Below are positions 29,648 to 43,656 of a stretch of 64,000 nucleotides of DNA, in pieces; position 1 is the first letter of the stretch, and each line of letters starts with the position of its first letter. The DNA lies in assembly GCA_963717505.1 (NCBI GenBank), contig OY970342.1:2912001-2976000 (forward strand). Reading direction: 5' to 3'. The notes below the pieces were generated by a model that did not search any database, was not told where the DNA came from, and saw only the letters and a list, made by a program, of their open reading frames with translations. The position numbers were made by a program, and so were the translations under genes. The DNA comes from Candidatus Eiseniibacteriota bacterium (GTDB taxonomy: Bacteria; Eisenbacteria; RBG-16-71-46).

Positions 29648-31072
29648 GTGGCGCCCGCTTCCTCACCTCGACGCACGGAGGATGACTTGGGTAACTCATT
29701 GGCAGGCTCGAAACTTCGGCGTGCCACGGCATCCCTCTCGAGCGGGGCGCGAGGTGTTCTACAACCTACTCGCGGCCGAGCAGCGTTGTCGGTGTTTGTC
29801 GCATTCGCCGGGCTCTGTCTCGGCGCAGTCGGTTCGACCGTCACGCCGGTAGTCGCTCACGCGCAGGAGTCCAGCGAGGTCGCGGGGGCCACGGTGGACA
29901 CCACGCTCGATGCCGGCGAGGAGGACGCAGTCAAACCCAAGCGAAAGATGGTCAAGTGGAACGAGTACGACGGCCCGGTGTCGACCCTGCGGTTCGGCTA
30001 CCACTTCATGTACGACTTCGCGAGCTACGTTCAGGACGACGAGAGCAAGCAACAGGTCGTGATGGAAACCGACAACGGCGTGCGCGACTTTCGCCTGCTT
30101 GCGAAGGGACGGTTCAAGACTGATCGGTCGATCACGTGGACGTTCGGCTACATGTACGACGGCGTGGAAGATGAGTGGAGATTCCGTCAGACCGGAATCC
30201 AGGTGGCGGTTCCGGAGGTATCCGGACAGTTCTTCCTCGGACGCACCAAGGAAGGGTTCTCTCTCATCAAGGTGATGACGGGAAGTTTCATCTGGGGGAT
30301 CGAGCGCTCCCAGGCTCTCGACGCCTTCGTCCCAATCCTCGGCGACGGCATCAAGTACATGGGGTACTACCCCCGCCAGCGCATCGTCCTGAATCTGGGC
30401 TTGTTCGCGGACGCGCTGTCCGAGAATGAAAAGTTCTCCACATACGACAACCAGTTCGTGACCCGGCTCGCGTGGCAGCCGGTGCTGTCCGAGGAAACCC
30501 ACACCGTGGCCCACGTCGGGGTCATGACGCGTAACGGCACAGCGGATGACGGCTTCCTTCGCGAGAAGTCGAAGCCTGGCTCGTACCTGGCGCCCAACGT
30601 GCTCGACACAGGAAAGTTCGCCGCCGACGGCACGGACGCATACGGCGTCGAGGCTTTCTACCGCCGCGGCTCCTGGCTGTTCGGAGGCGAATACGACTGG
30701 CAAAAGGACCATGCGAAGAGCGGCGAGAACCCGTTGTTCCACGGCGGGGACGCCTGGGCTGTGTGGCTGATTACGGGCGAGGTGCGGCCCTACAACGCGC
30801 CCGGCGGTATCTTCACCCACGTCACTCCGAAGAGAACGATCTTCGAAGGCGGGTGGGGTGCCTTCGAGAGCGTGTTCCACTTCAGCTATGCGGATTTCGA
30901 CGACGGTGCCAGCTTCCAGGGAGGAAAGTTCTGGCGGCTGAGTCCCATGCTGCACTGGTACCCGACCGCGTACCAGCGCCTCGAATTCGTCTATGGCTAT
31001 GGGAATCTCGACCGCTTCGGACTGGAAGGTCGCACGCAATTCTTCCAAGTTCGTCTCCTGAGCATGCTGTGA
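29648..31072 (+). CDS. OprO/OprP-like outer-membrane porin (start uncertain)
   Basis: GRTKEGFSL, IERS, WLITGEVRPY; amphipathic strands; hydrophobic leader ending AHA. Confidence 0.75.
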   Translation: MAPASSPRRTEDDLGNSLAGSKLRRATASLSSGARGVLQPTRGRAALSVFVAFAGLCLGAVGSTVTPVVAHAQESSEVAGATVDTTLDAGEEDAVKPKRKMVKWNEYDGPVSTLRFGYHFMYDFASYVQDDESKQQVVMETDNGVRDFRLLAKGRFKTDRSITWTFGYMYDGVEDEWRFRQTGIQVAVPEVSGQFFLGRTKEGFSLIKVMTGSFIWGIERSQALDAFVPILGDGIKYMGYYPRQRIVLNLGLFADALSENEKFSTYDNQFVTRLAWQPVLSEETHTVAHVGVMTRNGTADDGFLREKSKPGSYLAPNVLDTGKFAADGTDAYGVEAFYRRGSWLFGGEYDWQKDHAKSGENPLFHGGDAWAVWLITGEVRPYNAPGGIFTHVTPKRTIFEGGWGAFESVFHFSYADFDDGASFQGGKFWRLSPMLHWYPTAYQRLEFVYGYGNLDRFGLEGRTQFFQVRLLSML

Positions 31073-31133
31073 CCGAAGATCATCCACGACTTCGCACTCG
31101 CTCTGGAATCGTCGCCGCGGCACAACCTGCGGA

Positions 31134-32486
31134 GTGACACTGCAAGGAGGTTCTGGATTGAGTACATCCTTCAAGCACGTCAATGGCCGACGGGCTGTTT
31201 TAGCGACCATCGGTGTCCTGTTGCTTTTCGCGGCGACGTCACATGCGCAGGACGAAGGGGGGCCACCCGATACCACGGGCACTGTGGCGGACACCTACGC
31301 GAACATGGCTGCGGGGGAGTTCACCCCCGCCCAGGGATACGACATCATCAGGACGGAACGCGGCAGTCTGAACATCAGCGTCTATGGGCTGTTCCGCTAT
31401 CTCGGCCAGTTCCCGGAGAATCAGACGTTCACCGACCATTTGGGGCGGGAGCGCCCGGTCGCGGTAAAGAACGACATCAACTGGCACCGAACGTTTGTGT
31501 GGTTTACAGGGTTCTTCGGTGATCCGAAATTCCTCTACAACATTTCGGCGTGGTCGCTGGGTTCGACGGAGCAGACGCTGCTCTTTGGCAATCTCCAGTA
31601 CCGCTTGACGAAACCCCTGGCTTTCGGGGTGGGCATGGGCCCCAACAACACGAACCGCTCGCTCCAGGGCTCATGGCCGTTCTGGGCGGGGAGCGACCGG
31701 CAGATGGCCGAGGAGGCCCTGCGCGGCGGCTTCGCATCCTCGTTCTGGGTCTCAGGCCAGCCGATCGACCGCTTCTACTACAAAGTCTCGATCAACCGAA
31801 GCCTCAGTCAGCTTGGCATCACTGCGGCCCAGGACAACCGTGACTTCGCGTACAGCGGCAGCGTCGTGTGGGTGCCGACGACCGGCGAGTTCGGCCCGCG
31901 CGGCGGTCTCGGGGATCTCGAGCACCACGAGCAGTTGGCAACCCGTTTCGGTCTCTCGGGCTGTACCGCCGTGGAAGGCCGCTACGCTCCGAACGATCAA
32001 GCACCGAGGCATACGCAGATCAAGATGTCCGACGGCGTCAACCCCTTCGAGACCGGTGCCCTCGCGGACACCGTCACCGTCGAAGAGCTGCAATACGCGA
32101 ACCTGTCGTTCGACGGCGGCTTCAAGTACAAAGGCTTTTCGTTCCAGGGCGAGTACACGATGCGACGGCTGTCGAACTTCAAGGCGACGGGGCCGGTGCC
32201 CGAGAGCAAGCTTGTGGACCACGGGTTCTTCGTGCAGGCCATGCACATGGTCGTTCCCAAGCGCCTCGGCGTGTACGCGACGACCTCGTACATCATGGAC
32301 GACTTCGAGCGAAACCCCTGGGAGGTGTCGGGGGGGGCCAGCTTCTACCCCTACGGCAGCCGAAGCTGGCGCATCAACCTGCACTTGATCCGCGTCGAGA
32401 AGTCGCCGGCGGGCTCCAACTTTGGCTACTACACCGCCGGTCAGAGTGGCACGACGATCTCGATCGGAACGGACATCCTGCTCTAG
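31134..32486 (+). CDS. Outer-membrane beta-barrel protein of unknown function
   Basis: Signal ending SHA; shares motifs with 35281..36585 (LxIxVYxxxRYL, GxxPxW..DRxMAxE, WxPTTGEFG..GG.GD, NPW). Confidence 0.75.
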   Translation: MTLQGGSGLSTSFKHVNGRRAVLATIGVLLLFAATSHAQDEGGPPDTTGTVADTYANMAAGEFTPAQGYDIIRTERGSLNISVYGLFRYLGQFPENQTFTDHLGRERPVAVKNDINWHRTFVWFTGFFGDPKFLYNISAWSLGSTEQTLLFGNLQYRLTKPLAFGVGMGPNNTNRSLQGSWPFWAGSDRQMAEEALRGGFASSFWVSGQPIDRFYYKVSINRSLSQLGITAAQDNRDFAYSGSVVWVPTTGEFGPRGGLGDLEHHEQLATRFGLSGCTAVEGRYAPNDQAPRHTQIKMSDGVNPFETGALADTVTVEELQYANLSFDGGFKYKGFSFQGEYTMRRLSNFKATGPVPESKLVDHGFFVQAMHMVVPKRLGVYATTSYIMDDFERNPWEVSGGASFYPYGSRSWRINLHLIRVEKSPAGSNFGYYTAGQSGTTISIGTDILL

Positions 32487-32513
32487 GTGAGGCTCGGCGT
32501 GGGCGAGCGATGC

Positions 32514-34025
32514 ATGCGTTGGGTCCTGCGGTCCGGCTTGCTGATCGCGATGCTGGGAATGGCGGTTTCCGTCGGGTGGGCTCAGGCGCCAAAAGCCAAG
32601 AAACCCGCCGGGCCCTCGGTGTCGGCTCGTGTCGCCGAGCAGAATAAGCAGATCGAAGCGCAGCAGGCGACGATCGAGACGCAGCGGGCACTGCTCGACA
32701 CGCTCTCGGCCGTGGCCGACAGCCAGACGGTCCGGATCGCGACGCAGCAAGCACAGTTGAGTGCTCTCGAAGCCCAGCTCGTCCAGATGAAGAATCGTCT
32801 CGAGGCGCTCGAAAGCCAAGCCAACTTCCCGGCGTGGGAGGACTCGCTCGAGAAACGTCTCCGGCAGGTCGAGGCTGCGGCACACAAGTCTCCTGAGCTG
32901 CCGCCCGACATCGTCTCGGCCGGTGACTTCCCGGGATCGATCCGGATCCCGGGCACGGACGCGGCCATCAAGTTCGGCGGACGGATTCGCACATCGATGG
33001 TCCTGACGCTCGATCCACTCGGAACCGACGATCGGTTTCTGACGAACTCAATTCCGGTCGGGCAGCCGGTCACAGGCGAGGCGAAACGGACCAGTATCTC
33101 GGCGCGAGCGAGCCGGCTGAACATCGAGTTCCGCACGCCTGGTGGTGCCGGAGGAGCTGCGCGCGTTCTTCGAGGGCGATTTTGCGGGCGCGGGCAACAC
33201 CTATCGGATGCGACACGCGTATGCGCAATACCGCGGCTTCATGGTCGGGCAGACCTGGTCGACGTTCTCCGACCCCTGGGTCGAGCTGGAGGACCTGGAC
33301 TTCGAGGGTGTCAGCTCGGAGAACGTCATCCGCCAGCCGCAGATTCGTTACTGGTGGTCGCCCAAGCCCAACACCCGACTCGCGGTTGCGGTGGAGACCC
33401 CTTCCGTGTCGATCACCGGCGCCCTCGGGGTCAATTTGTTCCCAGATGTCATTGCGCGAGGCTTCTGGGGGCACCGAGCATGGTGGCCACATCCAGCTGG
33501 CGGGCGTGGCTCCGTCAGATTCGCGGCCAAACCGAAACCGGCCTCGTGCGCTCCGAATGGGGCGGCGGTGGCAGTCTGACCGGTGTCGCGACGGTGCCGT
33601 TCCGCGGTCTGACCGATCGCTTCCTGTTTCAGGTGAACGGCGGGTACGGGATCGCCCGGTACATCAACGACCTCAACTCGGCCGGTGGGCTGGACGCCGT
33701 GTTCGACACCACCAGCCAGGAGCTGAAGCCCGTGCCCGCGATCGGCTGGTACCTGGCGTACGAGCATCGCTGGAAGGAATGGGAGATGGTCGAGACCATG
33801 AATCTCCGCTCAACCGTCCTCTGGAGCGTGGTGGTGGTCGACAACCTCGACATCCAGCCTCCCGACGCCTACCGGCGCACCCATCGCTTCGCGGCCAACG
33901 TCGTGTTTTCACCGGCGCCGCGTGCGGATCTTGGACTGGAGTACCTCTTCGGAACTCGAACCAACAAGGACGGGCAAAACGGCCGCGCCAACCAGTTCCA
34001 GTTGGTGGCGCTGCTGCGCTTCTGA
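32514..34025 (+). CDS. DcaP-like porin with N-terminal coiled coil (frameshifted 33150-33510)
   Basis: Signal; Q/E-rich coil; GDFPGSIRIPGT, SRLN; YRMRHAY..GQTWSTFSD in the alternate frame; terminal F. Confidence 0.82.
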   Translation: MRWVLRSGLLIAMLGMAVSVGWAQAPKAKKPAGPSVSARVAEQNKQIEAQQATIETQRALLDTLSAVADSQTVRIATQQAQLSALEAQLVQMKNRLEALESQANFPAWEDSLEKRLRQVEAAAHKSPELPPDIVSAGDFPGSIRIPGTDAAIKFGGRIRTSMVLTLDPLGTDDRFLTNSIPVGQPVTGEAKRTSISARASRLNIEFRTPGGAGGAARVLRGRFCGRGQHLSDATRVCAIPRLHGRADLVDVLRPLGRAGGPGLRGCQLGERHPPAADSLLVVAQAQHPTRGCGGDPFRVDHRRPRGQFVPRCHCARLLGAPSMVATSSWRAWLRQIRGQTETGLVRSEWGGGGSLTGVATVPFRGLTDRFLFQVNGGYGIARYINDLNSAGGLDAVFDTTSQELKPVPAIGWYLAYEHRWKEWEMVETMNLRSTVLWSVVVVDNLDIQPPDAYRRTHRFAANVVFSPAPRADLGLEYLFGTRTNKDGQNGRANQFQLVALLRF

Positions 34026-34056
34026 TCGTCGGCGTCACGACCCATGGGGGCACACT

Positions 34057-35132
34057 ATGAAACGAGCCTGCGAACTGCCACGCGTGCTGGCCGCGTTGAT
34101 CCCGCTACTGATCGGCGCCGTGGCGCACGCCGCTCCGGCCGCGCAGCCGAGCAACCCCTGTTTCACGACAGCCACGTCCACCTGACGAACTACGTCCAGG
34201 AGGGCATTACCGCCAAGCAGTTCCTGAAGGTGATGGGGACTCGCGTCGGACGCTCGACGCTGTTCGGCATTCCGCTCCAGCAGCAGTGGTCGCACCGTGT
34301 GTCCGGAGACGACAAGCCGACCTACTACCTCGACACCGATTCTCCGCTCTACTACTACTCGTTCTGCGACGCATTCATCGCCATGGAATACCGCTCACTG
34401 ACCAAGAGCGAGCAGGCCCGGTTCGACCCAATGATCATCGGGTTCAACCCGACCGACATGTACGCCGCGGACCACATTCGCCGAGTGCTGCAGACGTTTC
34501 CGGGCGTGTTCGTCGGCATCGGCGAGTTTACGATCCACAAGGAGTTCGTCTCGCCCAAGGTCGCCGGCGACGTGGCGAGTCTCAGCGATCCGGCGCTCGA
34601 CCGCATCTTCGAATTCGCCGCCGAGACCGGGCTGGTCACGTTGATCCACAGCGACATCGCCAAGCCGTTCCCGAAGGCCGCGACCACCGACTATCTGCCG
34701 GAGATGAAGGATCTGTTTCGCCGCCATCCGAATACCACCACCATCTGGGCCCACATCGGACTCGGGCGGGTCATCCATCCGGTCAAGGACCAGGTGGTCG
34801 CGATCGAGGAGATGCTGCGCGACCCGGCGTACAGCCACGTGCACTTCGACATCTCGTGGGACGAGGTCAACAAGTACGCGATCGCAAGCGATGCGGCGAT
34901 CGAGCGGGTGGCCGACGTGCTCAACCGATATCCCGATCGATTCCTGTTCGGGACCGACACCGTGGCGCCGCGCGACGAGCAGGCGTACTTCGCTGTCTAC
35001 CACTTGTGGGATCCGGTGTGGGAGCGACTGACACCCGAGGCGCGGGAGAAGGTGACGAAAGGCAATTACGAGCGCTTGTTCGACGCCGGGCGCGTCAAGG
35101 TGCGGGCGTGGGAGAAGAAGCACTCGAAGTAG
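34057..35132 (+). CDS. Exported amidohydrolase (metal-dependent TIM barrel; frameshift near 34160)
   Basis: DSHVH, GIGEFTIHKE, LIHSD, IWAHIG, FDISW, RFLFGTD; the signal peptide (..AVAHA) is in the adjacent frame. Confidence 0.85.
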
Positions 35133-35280
35133 GCCGTAGGCTGAGTCAAGAGGTAGCTGCCTACCAGTCGCGGGCGGGGTGGTGTCCGGACCTCAGCGGG
35201 TCCGGCTTCCTTTACGCAATGAGTCGATTCCGCAGAGGTCGCGCGCGGAGTCAGCGGTGATGGGTACCGGAGGTGAGTGT

Positions 35281-36585
35281 ATGAGGGGACTTGATGGGCC
35301 GTTCACGATCGCATCTATTGCGCTGGCGATGACCTTCACGGCGAATGTCGCCTTGGCACAGGGTGACATCGACAGCACCGGTACCTATGGCAGCTACATC
35401 CCGAACGCGGGATTCAAGGTGGCCAGTACCGACAAGGGCGACCTCTCCATCCGCGTCTACACCTACGTCCGGTATCTCAACCAGAACGGGCTCGATGCGA
35501 CCTACACGGACTCGTTCGGGAAGACGAGCACGATCCAGCGTCGCCATGACATCATGTTCCAGAAGGCGGTCATCTTCTTCCAGGGCTGGTTGATGGACCC
35601 GAAGTTCAAGTACGTCACCTACGTCTGGACCTCCAACACCAGCATGGGGCAGGGCGCGCAGGTCGTCGTGGCCGGCAGCCTGAACTACGTCTTCCGCAAG
35701 GAGTTCCTGCTGGGTGGTGGCGTCGACGGCCTGCCGGGCGTGCGGGCGACCGAGGGGAATTTCCCCTACTGGTTGACAGTGGACAATCGCCTGATGGCCG
35801 ACGAATACTTCCGCCCGTCCTACACCATGGGCGTTTGGGCGAGGGGCGTGGTCCTCGATCGTCTCATCTACCGCGCTATGTTGGGCAACAACCTGAGCCA
35901 GCTGGGCGTAGATGCCGGCCAGCTCGACAACAAGCTGAACACGATGTCGGCGGCTCTGATCTGGCTGCCGACGACAGGCGAGTTCGGGACCAATGGCGGT
36001 TTCGGGGACTTCGACGACCATAAGACCGTGGCGACCCGGCTCGCGGCCCACTACACCACCAGCACCGAGAGCCGTCAGGGCGCGCCGACCACGAGCGCGT
36101 TCGAGAACGTCCAGATCCGCATCTCGGACGGGAACCCGATCTTCGCTCCCGATCTGTTTGGCGCCGGCGTCCAGGTGAACAACGCCGACTACCACATGTT
36201 CGCGACCGATGGCGGCGTCAAGTACAAGGGGCTGTCGCTCGAAGGCGAGTTCTACTGGCGACGGATCGACACGCTACAGGGTCCTGGGGTCGAGACGCTC
36301 GGCTTCAGCAAGCTCGAGGACCACGGATTTCAGCTGCAGGCCTCGGGTATGCTGATGCCCCAGACGCTCCAAGTGTACGGGGGTCTGTCGAAGATCTACG
36401 GTCAGCACGGGAACCCGTGGGACCTGAGGGCCGGCATCAACGTGTTCCCGTGGAAGAACTACGTCGGGCGTTGGAACACGGAGGTTCTGCACACCAAGCG
36501 GAGTGCGACGGGTGGTGCGAGCCTTCCTAGCGTCGTCGGTGGCACCGGGGATGTCATCTACTCGAGCATGCAAATCAACTTCTGA
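35281..36585 (+). CDS. Outer-membrane beta-barrel protein, paralog of 31134..32486
   Basis: Signal ending ALA; shared motifs; terminal ..MQINF. Confidence 0.78.
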   Translation: MRGLDGPFTIASIALAMTFTANVALAQGDIDSTGTYGSYIPNAGFKVASTDKGDLSIRVYTYVRYLNQNGLDATYTDSFGKTSTIQRRHDIMFQKAVIFFQGWLMDPKFKYVTYVWTSNTSMGQGAQVVVAGSLNYVFRKEFLLGGGVDGLPGVRATEGNFPYWLTVDNRLMADEYFRPSYTMGVWARGVVLDRLIYRAMLGNNLSQLGVDAGQLDNKLNTMSAALIWLPTTGEFGTNGGFGDFDDHKTVATRLAAHYTTSTESRQGAPTTSAFENVQIRISDGNPIFAPDLFGAGVQVNNADYHMFATDGGVKYKGLSLEGEFYWRRIDTLQGPGVETLGFSKLEDHGFQLQASGMLMPQTLQVYGGLSKIYGQHGNPWDLRAGINVFPWKNYVGRWNTEVLHTKRSATGGASLPSVVGGTGDVIYSSMQINF

Positions 36586-36646
36586 GCGGGATCATTGCGG
36601 CCTTGGGCCGTTCCTGCGCAGCACGCGCGCGACGCCAGTCGGTGAA

Positions 36647-38725
<2,079 letters not shown>

Positions 38726-38861
38726 CCGGCCGCGGCCCAGCCGGGTGCCCGGGAGTTAGAACCTGTTGCTAAGACGCGAAGCGACAGCCGCTTACGCCAT
38801 GAAACCACTGTGTGCTAGATTCGCGGTCCGACACGACGTTTCCCCTGCGCAGGATGCGCCG

Positions 38862-41800
38862 ATGCGCCACGCCGACTTCGTCCACCTCCACAATCACAGC
38901 GACTACTCGCTGCTCGACGGCGCGAGCCCGATCGCGGGCATGGTGCGCGCGGGCCGCGGAGCTGCGCATGCCCGCCCTGGCGCTCACCGACCACGGCTCG
39001 CTGTTCGGCGCGGTCGAGTTCTACCAGGAGGCGCGCAACGGCCGGGGTCAAGCCGATCGTGGGCATGGAGGCCTACGTCACCCGCGGCAGCCGCCACGAC
39101 CGCACCCGCGAGACCGCCCACCACCTGGTGCTGCTGGCGCGCGACGAGCGCGGCTTCAAGAACCTGATGCGGCTCTCTTCGCTCGCGTTCCTCGAGGGCT
39201 TCTACTACAAGCCGCGCGTCGACCACGAGATCCTGAGCCAGCATGCCGAGGGGCTGCTGGCGCTCTCGGCCTGCCCCAAGGGCGAGGTCGGCGACCGACC
39301 TGCTCGCCGACAACGAGGAGGCGGCGTTCCAGACCGCGACATCGCTACCGCGACATGTTCGGGGCCGAGAACTACTTCCTCGAGATCCAGAACCACGGAC
39401 TCGAGATCGAGGACGAAGATCCGCGGCAAGGTCGAGGCCCTGGCGCGCGCGCACCGGGATCCCGCTGGTCGCGACCAACGACTGCCACTACCTGCAGCAC
39501 GAGGACGCCGACGGCCCACGACGTGCTGCTGTGCATCCAGACCGGCAAGATCGGTCGACGACGCGAATCGCATGCGTTACGAGACCGATCAGGTCTACTT
39601 CAAGTCGGCCGACGAGATGCGCGCGCGCTTCAGCGACCATCCGCGAGGCGCTGCGCAACACCATCGCGATCGCCGAGCGCTGCAACCTCAGACTCGACTT
39701 CGGCCAGCCGCTGCTGCCCGAGTTCCCGCTGCCGCGAGGGGCGGACCAGCGCCGAGGATTACCTGCGCGAGCTTGCGGCCGAGGGGGTGCGCCAGCGCTT
39801 CAGCCACGTGAGCGACGAAGCGCGGAAGCGCCTCGAGTACGAGCTGGACGTCATCTGCCGCATGGGCTTCGCGTCGTACTTCCTGATCGTGCGCGACTTC
39901 ATCGCACTTCGCGCGCAGCCAGCGGGCATCGGCGTCGGTCCGGGCCGCGGCTCGGTGGCCGGCTCGCTGGTCGCCTACGCGCTGCGGCATCACCGACGTC
40001 GACCCGCTCAAGCACGGGCTCTATCTTCGAGCGCTTCCTCAACCCCGAGCGCGTGTCGATGCCCGACATCGACATCGACTTCGACGATCTGCGGCGCGGC
40101 GAGGTCATCGAGTACGTGACGACAGAAGTACGGCGAGGACAACGTCACCCAGATCATCACGTTCGGCACCATGGGCGCCAAGGGCGTGGTGCGCGACGTC
40201 GGCCGCGCGCTGGGCATGGCGTTCGCCGAGGTCGACCGATCGCGAAGCTGGTGCCCGACGGCCTCGGCATGACGCTGGAGCGGGCGCTCGAGCTGTCGCC
40301 GGACCTGAAGAGCCTGCCGGCGCGCGGGCCCGTCATTCGCGCAGGCTGCTGCACAGCGCGCAAGGTGCTCGAGGGGCTCGCGCGTCACGCCTCGACCCAC
40401 GCCGCCGGCGTGCTGATCACGCCCGGGCCGCTGCTCGACTACGTGCCGCTCTACCGGCAGAAGGACGAGTCGATCACCACCCAGTGGGACATGAAGTCGG
40501 TCGAGAAGGCCGGGCTGCTCAAGATGGACTTCCTCGGCCTGCGCACGCTGTCGGTGCTCGACGAGGCCGTGCAGCTGGTCGAAGCGACACCACGGCGTCG
40601 AGATCGACCTCGACCTCCTGCCCGAGGACGACGCCGGCGGCCTACCGCGTGTTCCAGGACGCCGACACGGTGGCGATCTTCCAGTTCGAGTCGGCCGGCA
40701 TGCGCGACTACCTGCAAGCAGCTCAAGCCCACGCGTGTTCGACGACCTGGTGGCGATGAACGCGCTCTACCGGCCCGGTCCGATGGAGAACATTCCCGTA
40801 CTTCATCGACTGCAAGCACGGCCGCCAGGTGGCGCGCTACGACCATCCCGGCGCTCGAGCCGATCCTCAAGGGCACCTACGGCGTGTTCGTCTACCAGGA
40901 GCAGGTGATGGCCGCAGCCAACGTGCTCGCCGGCTTCTCGCTGGCCCAGGCCGACGAGCTGCGCCGCGCGATGGGCAAGAAGCGGCCGGAGGAGATGGAG
41001 GCCAAGCGCGCGGAGTTCGTCGACGGCTGCGCGAAGAACCAAGATTCCCCGCGCGAAGGCCGAGAAGATCTTCGCGACCATGGAGAAGTTCGCGGGCTAC
41101 GGTTTTAACAAGTGTGTGGTGGCCGAGACGGAGATCATCGACGCGAGGACGGGCGAGCGGACGACCGTCGGAGACCTCTATCGAAAACCGCGTCCGTTCA
41201 CTATTCATGCGCTCGATGACGAGCTGCGGCTCGTCCCCCGCCGGGTCGTGGATGTGATGGCCAACGGACGGAAGCCGGTGTTCAAAGTGCGCACCGCACA
41301 GGGACGAAGCATCCGAGCGACTGGCAATCACCCGTTCTTCACCGTGGCTGGGTGGCGCACGGTCGATGAGCTTCGGGCCGGTGACCTCGTGGCGACGGCG
41401 AGGGCCATCCCCGTTGAGAGCAGGAAGCGGTGGGAAGAGCATGAGGTGATCGCACTCGCTGGCCTGCTGGCGGAGGGCAATACCTGTCACCCGACCACTC
41501 TTTACTTCTACTCGATGACTCCTGAAATCATCGCGGACTTCTCGCGAGCCATTGCTTCATTTGAGAACACAACCGCGCGCATTCACGTGAGACGTAACGG
41601 CCTCCTGGAAGTTCAAGCGAATTTGGGAAGCGTCCGAGAGGGTGATCAGCCATCGTATTCAGCAGTCGTCGGGAATACTGCATTGGTCATGGACGACGTG
41701 CCTCGACGTTCTGGCGCTTTTCGTTGGGCACAGAGTCTTGGGATCACTGGCAAGAAAGCGACCGAGAAGCGGATTCCTGCTGAGGTTTTCGAGCTCCGTG

Positions 41801-43656
41801 AAGGGGACCTCGAACTGTTCCTTGGGCGACTGTGGTCAGGAGATGGCTTCATTTCCGATGCTCGGGGAAGCGCACCCTTCTACGCGACCTCGTCGCTTGG
41901 ACTCGCTCGCGATGTGCGCGACCTGCTCCTCAGGCTACGAATCCTTTGTCGCATTCACACCAAGTCGTTTCGCTACCGAGGGGGACACCGCCCTGGCTAC
42001 ACCGTCCATCTGGTGGGGGATGGCGCACGCGAGACGTTCCTGAAGCGCGTAGTGCCGCACATCGTTGGCCGAGGTGAGCAGGTTGATCGATACCGCATGC
42101 AGGTATCTGAACGTCCACAGTACAGGATGAGCATCGACATCGTCCCGGTGGGGGCATGGAAGGAGATCGAAGCCCGACGGTTGCAGCGGGGTTGGACCCG
42201 CGAGGAAATGGTCCGCCGTGCGGGACTCCGTGGACTCACGCGGACCTGGGGCCGGGGAGTAGTCAAGAGAGGGTTCCGGCGGCAAACGATCCAGAAACTC
42301 GGCAGAGCTCTGGAGTCTCCTCAGCTGCGGGCGTTGGGTGATTCGGATGTCCTGTGGGATCGAATCGTTTCGATCGAAACTGACGGCAAAGCGGAGACCT
42401 TCGATCTCACGGTCGAAGAACATCACAACTTCCTCGCCGACGGCTTCATTGTCCACAATTCGCACTCCGCCGCCTACGCGCTGCTCGCCTACCAGTCCGC
42501 CTGGCTCAAGGCGCACCATCCCGCCGAGTTCATGGCCGCGACGATGACCAGCGAACTCGCCGACAGCTCGCGCATCGCGACGCTGGTGGAAGAGTGCAAG
42601 CGCATGAAGCTCGCGTTGTTGCCACCGGACGTGAATGCCTCGGAGTGGCGCTTCGGCATCGAGAACGGGGCGATCCGCTACGGCCTCGGTGCGGTGCGCA
42701 ACGTCGGTCAGGCGGCGGTCGAGGGTATCGTCCAGGCGCGCGCCGAAGGCGGACCGTTCCGGGATTTGTTCGACGTCGCGATGCGGGCGGGGGCGAAGCT
42801 CAACCGGAGAGTGCTCGAAAGCCTGGTCGGCGCCGGCGCCTGCGACGCATTGGGCAGCGACCGGGCCACGATGTTCGCCGGCAGTGCTCGCGTGCTCGAT
42901 CAATCCGCGGCGATCCAACGCGAGCGCTCGAGTGGCCAGTCGTTGTTGTTCGGCGACGACGCGAGTGCCCTCGCGGTGGTCGCGCCGGCGCTTCCCATGT
43001 CCGAACCGTGGACCGGGCGCGAGCGCAGCGCACGCGAGAAAGAGTCCCTGGGCTTCTACCTGACCGAGCATCCTCTCGAGCCCTTGCGTGAAAGCCTGCC
43101 CGAGGTGGCGTCCCATACCGCGGTGGAAGCGCTCGCCTGTGAAGATCAAACCGAGGTGCGGCTCGCGGGCCTGATCGGCGACCTCAAGACGTTCGCGACG
43201 CGCAGCGGCCGCCTGATGGCCGGCGGCGTGATCGAGGACTTGAGCGGTCGCATCGAGTGCACGTTGTTCCCGGACTTGTACGAGACCATGAAAGAGCGCC
43301 TGGGCGGCGACGAGGTGTTCGTGATCAGCGGCCGCGTCGAGATCCGAGATCTGGGCACCAAGGTCCTGGTGTCCGAGATCCGACCGTACGCCGAGGCGCG
43401 CGAGACCTACCGGCCCGTGCTGCACCTCGAGGTGCGGGCCGAGGACTTGTCGGTGCCGTGGCTCGAACGGGTCGACCACGTGCTGTCCGCCCACCCCGGG
43501 GACTGCGAGGTGTATCTTCACATCGTGATGCCCGACCGGTCGCGCAACGCCAGCCGGTCGCGTCGCTATCGCGTGGCGCGCGGCGAGGGGATCGTCGCGG
43601 CGTTGCGCGAGGACTTCCCGGCGCTGCGCCCGCGCTGGGGTCGGGGGGTGCCGTGA
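38862..43656 (+). CDS. dnaE: DNA polymerase III alpha subunit with intein (many frameshifts 38950-41080)
   Basis: [73 protein letters not shown]-terminal OB fold; pieces lie in shifting frames. Confidence 0.95.
41113..42459 (+). mobile_element. 449-aa intein with LAGLIDADG homing endonuclease and HTH insert
   Basis: Starts CVVAET after GFNK; block B ATGNHPF; LAGLLAEG and LGRLWSGDG; ends [20 protein letters not shown] followed by Ser. Confidence 0.96.

Noticed and set aside
38862-41100. dnaE as a pseudogene, split gene or programmed frameshift
   Set aside because: Essential gene; motifs are intact across frames, indels are scattered without slippery sites, and the same pattern affects other core genes.
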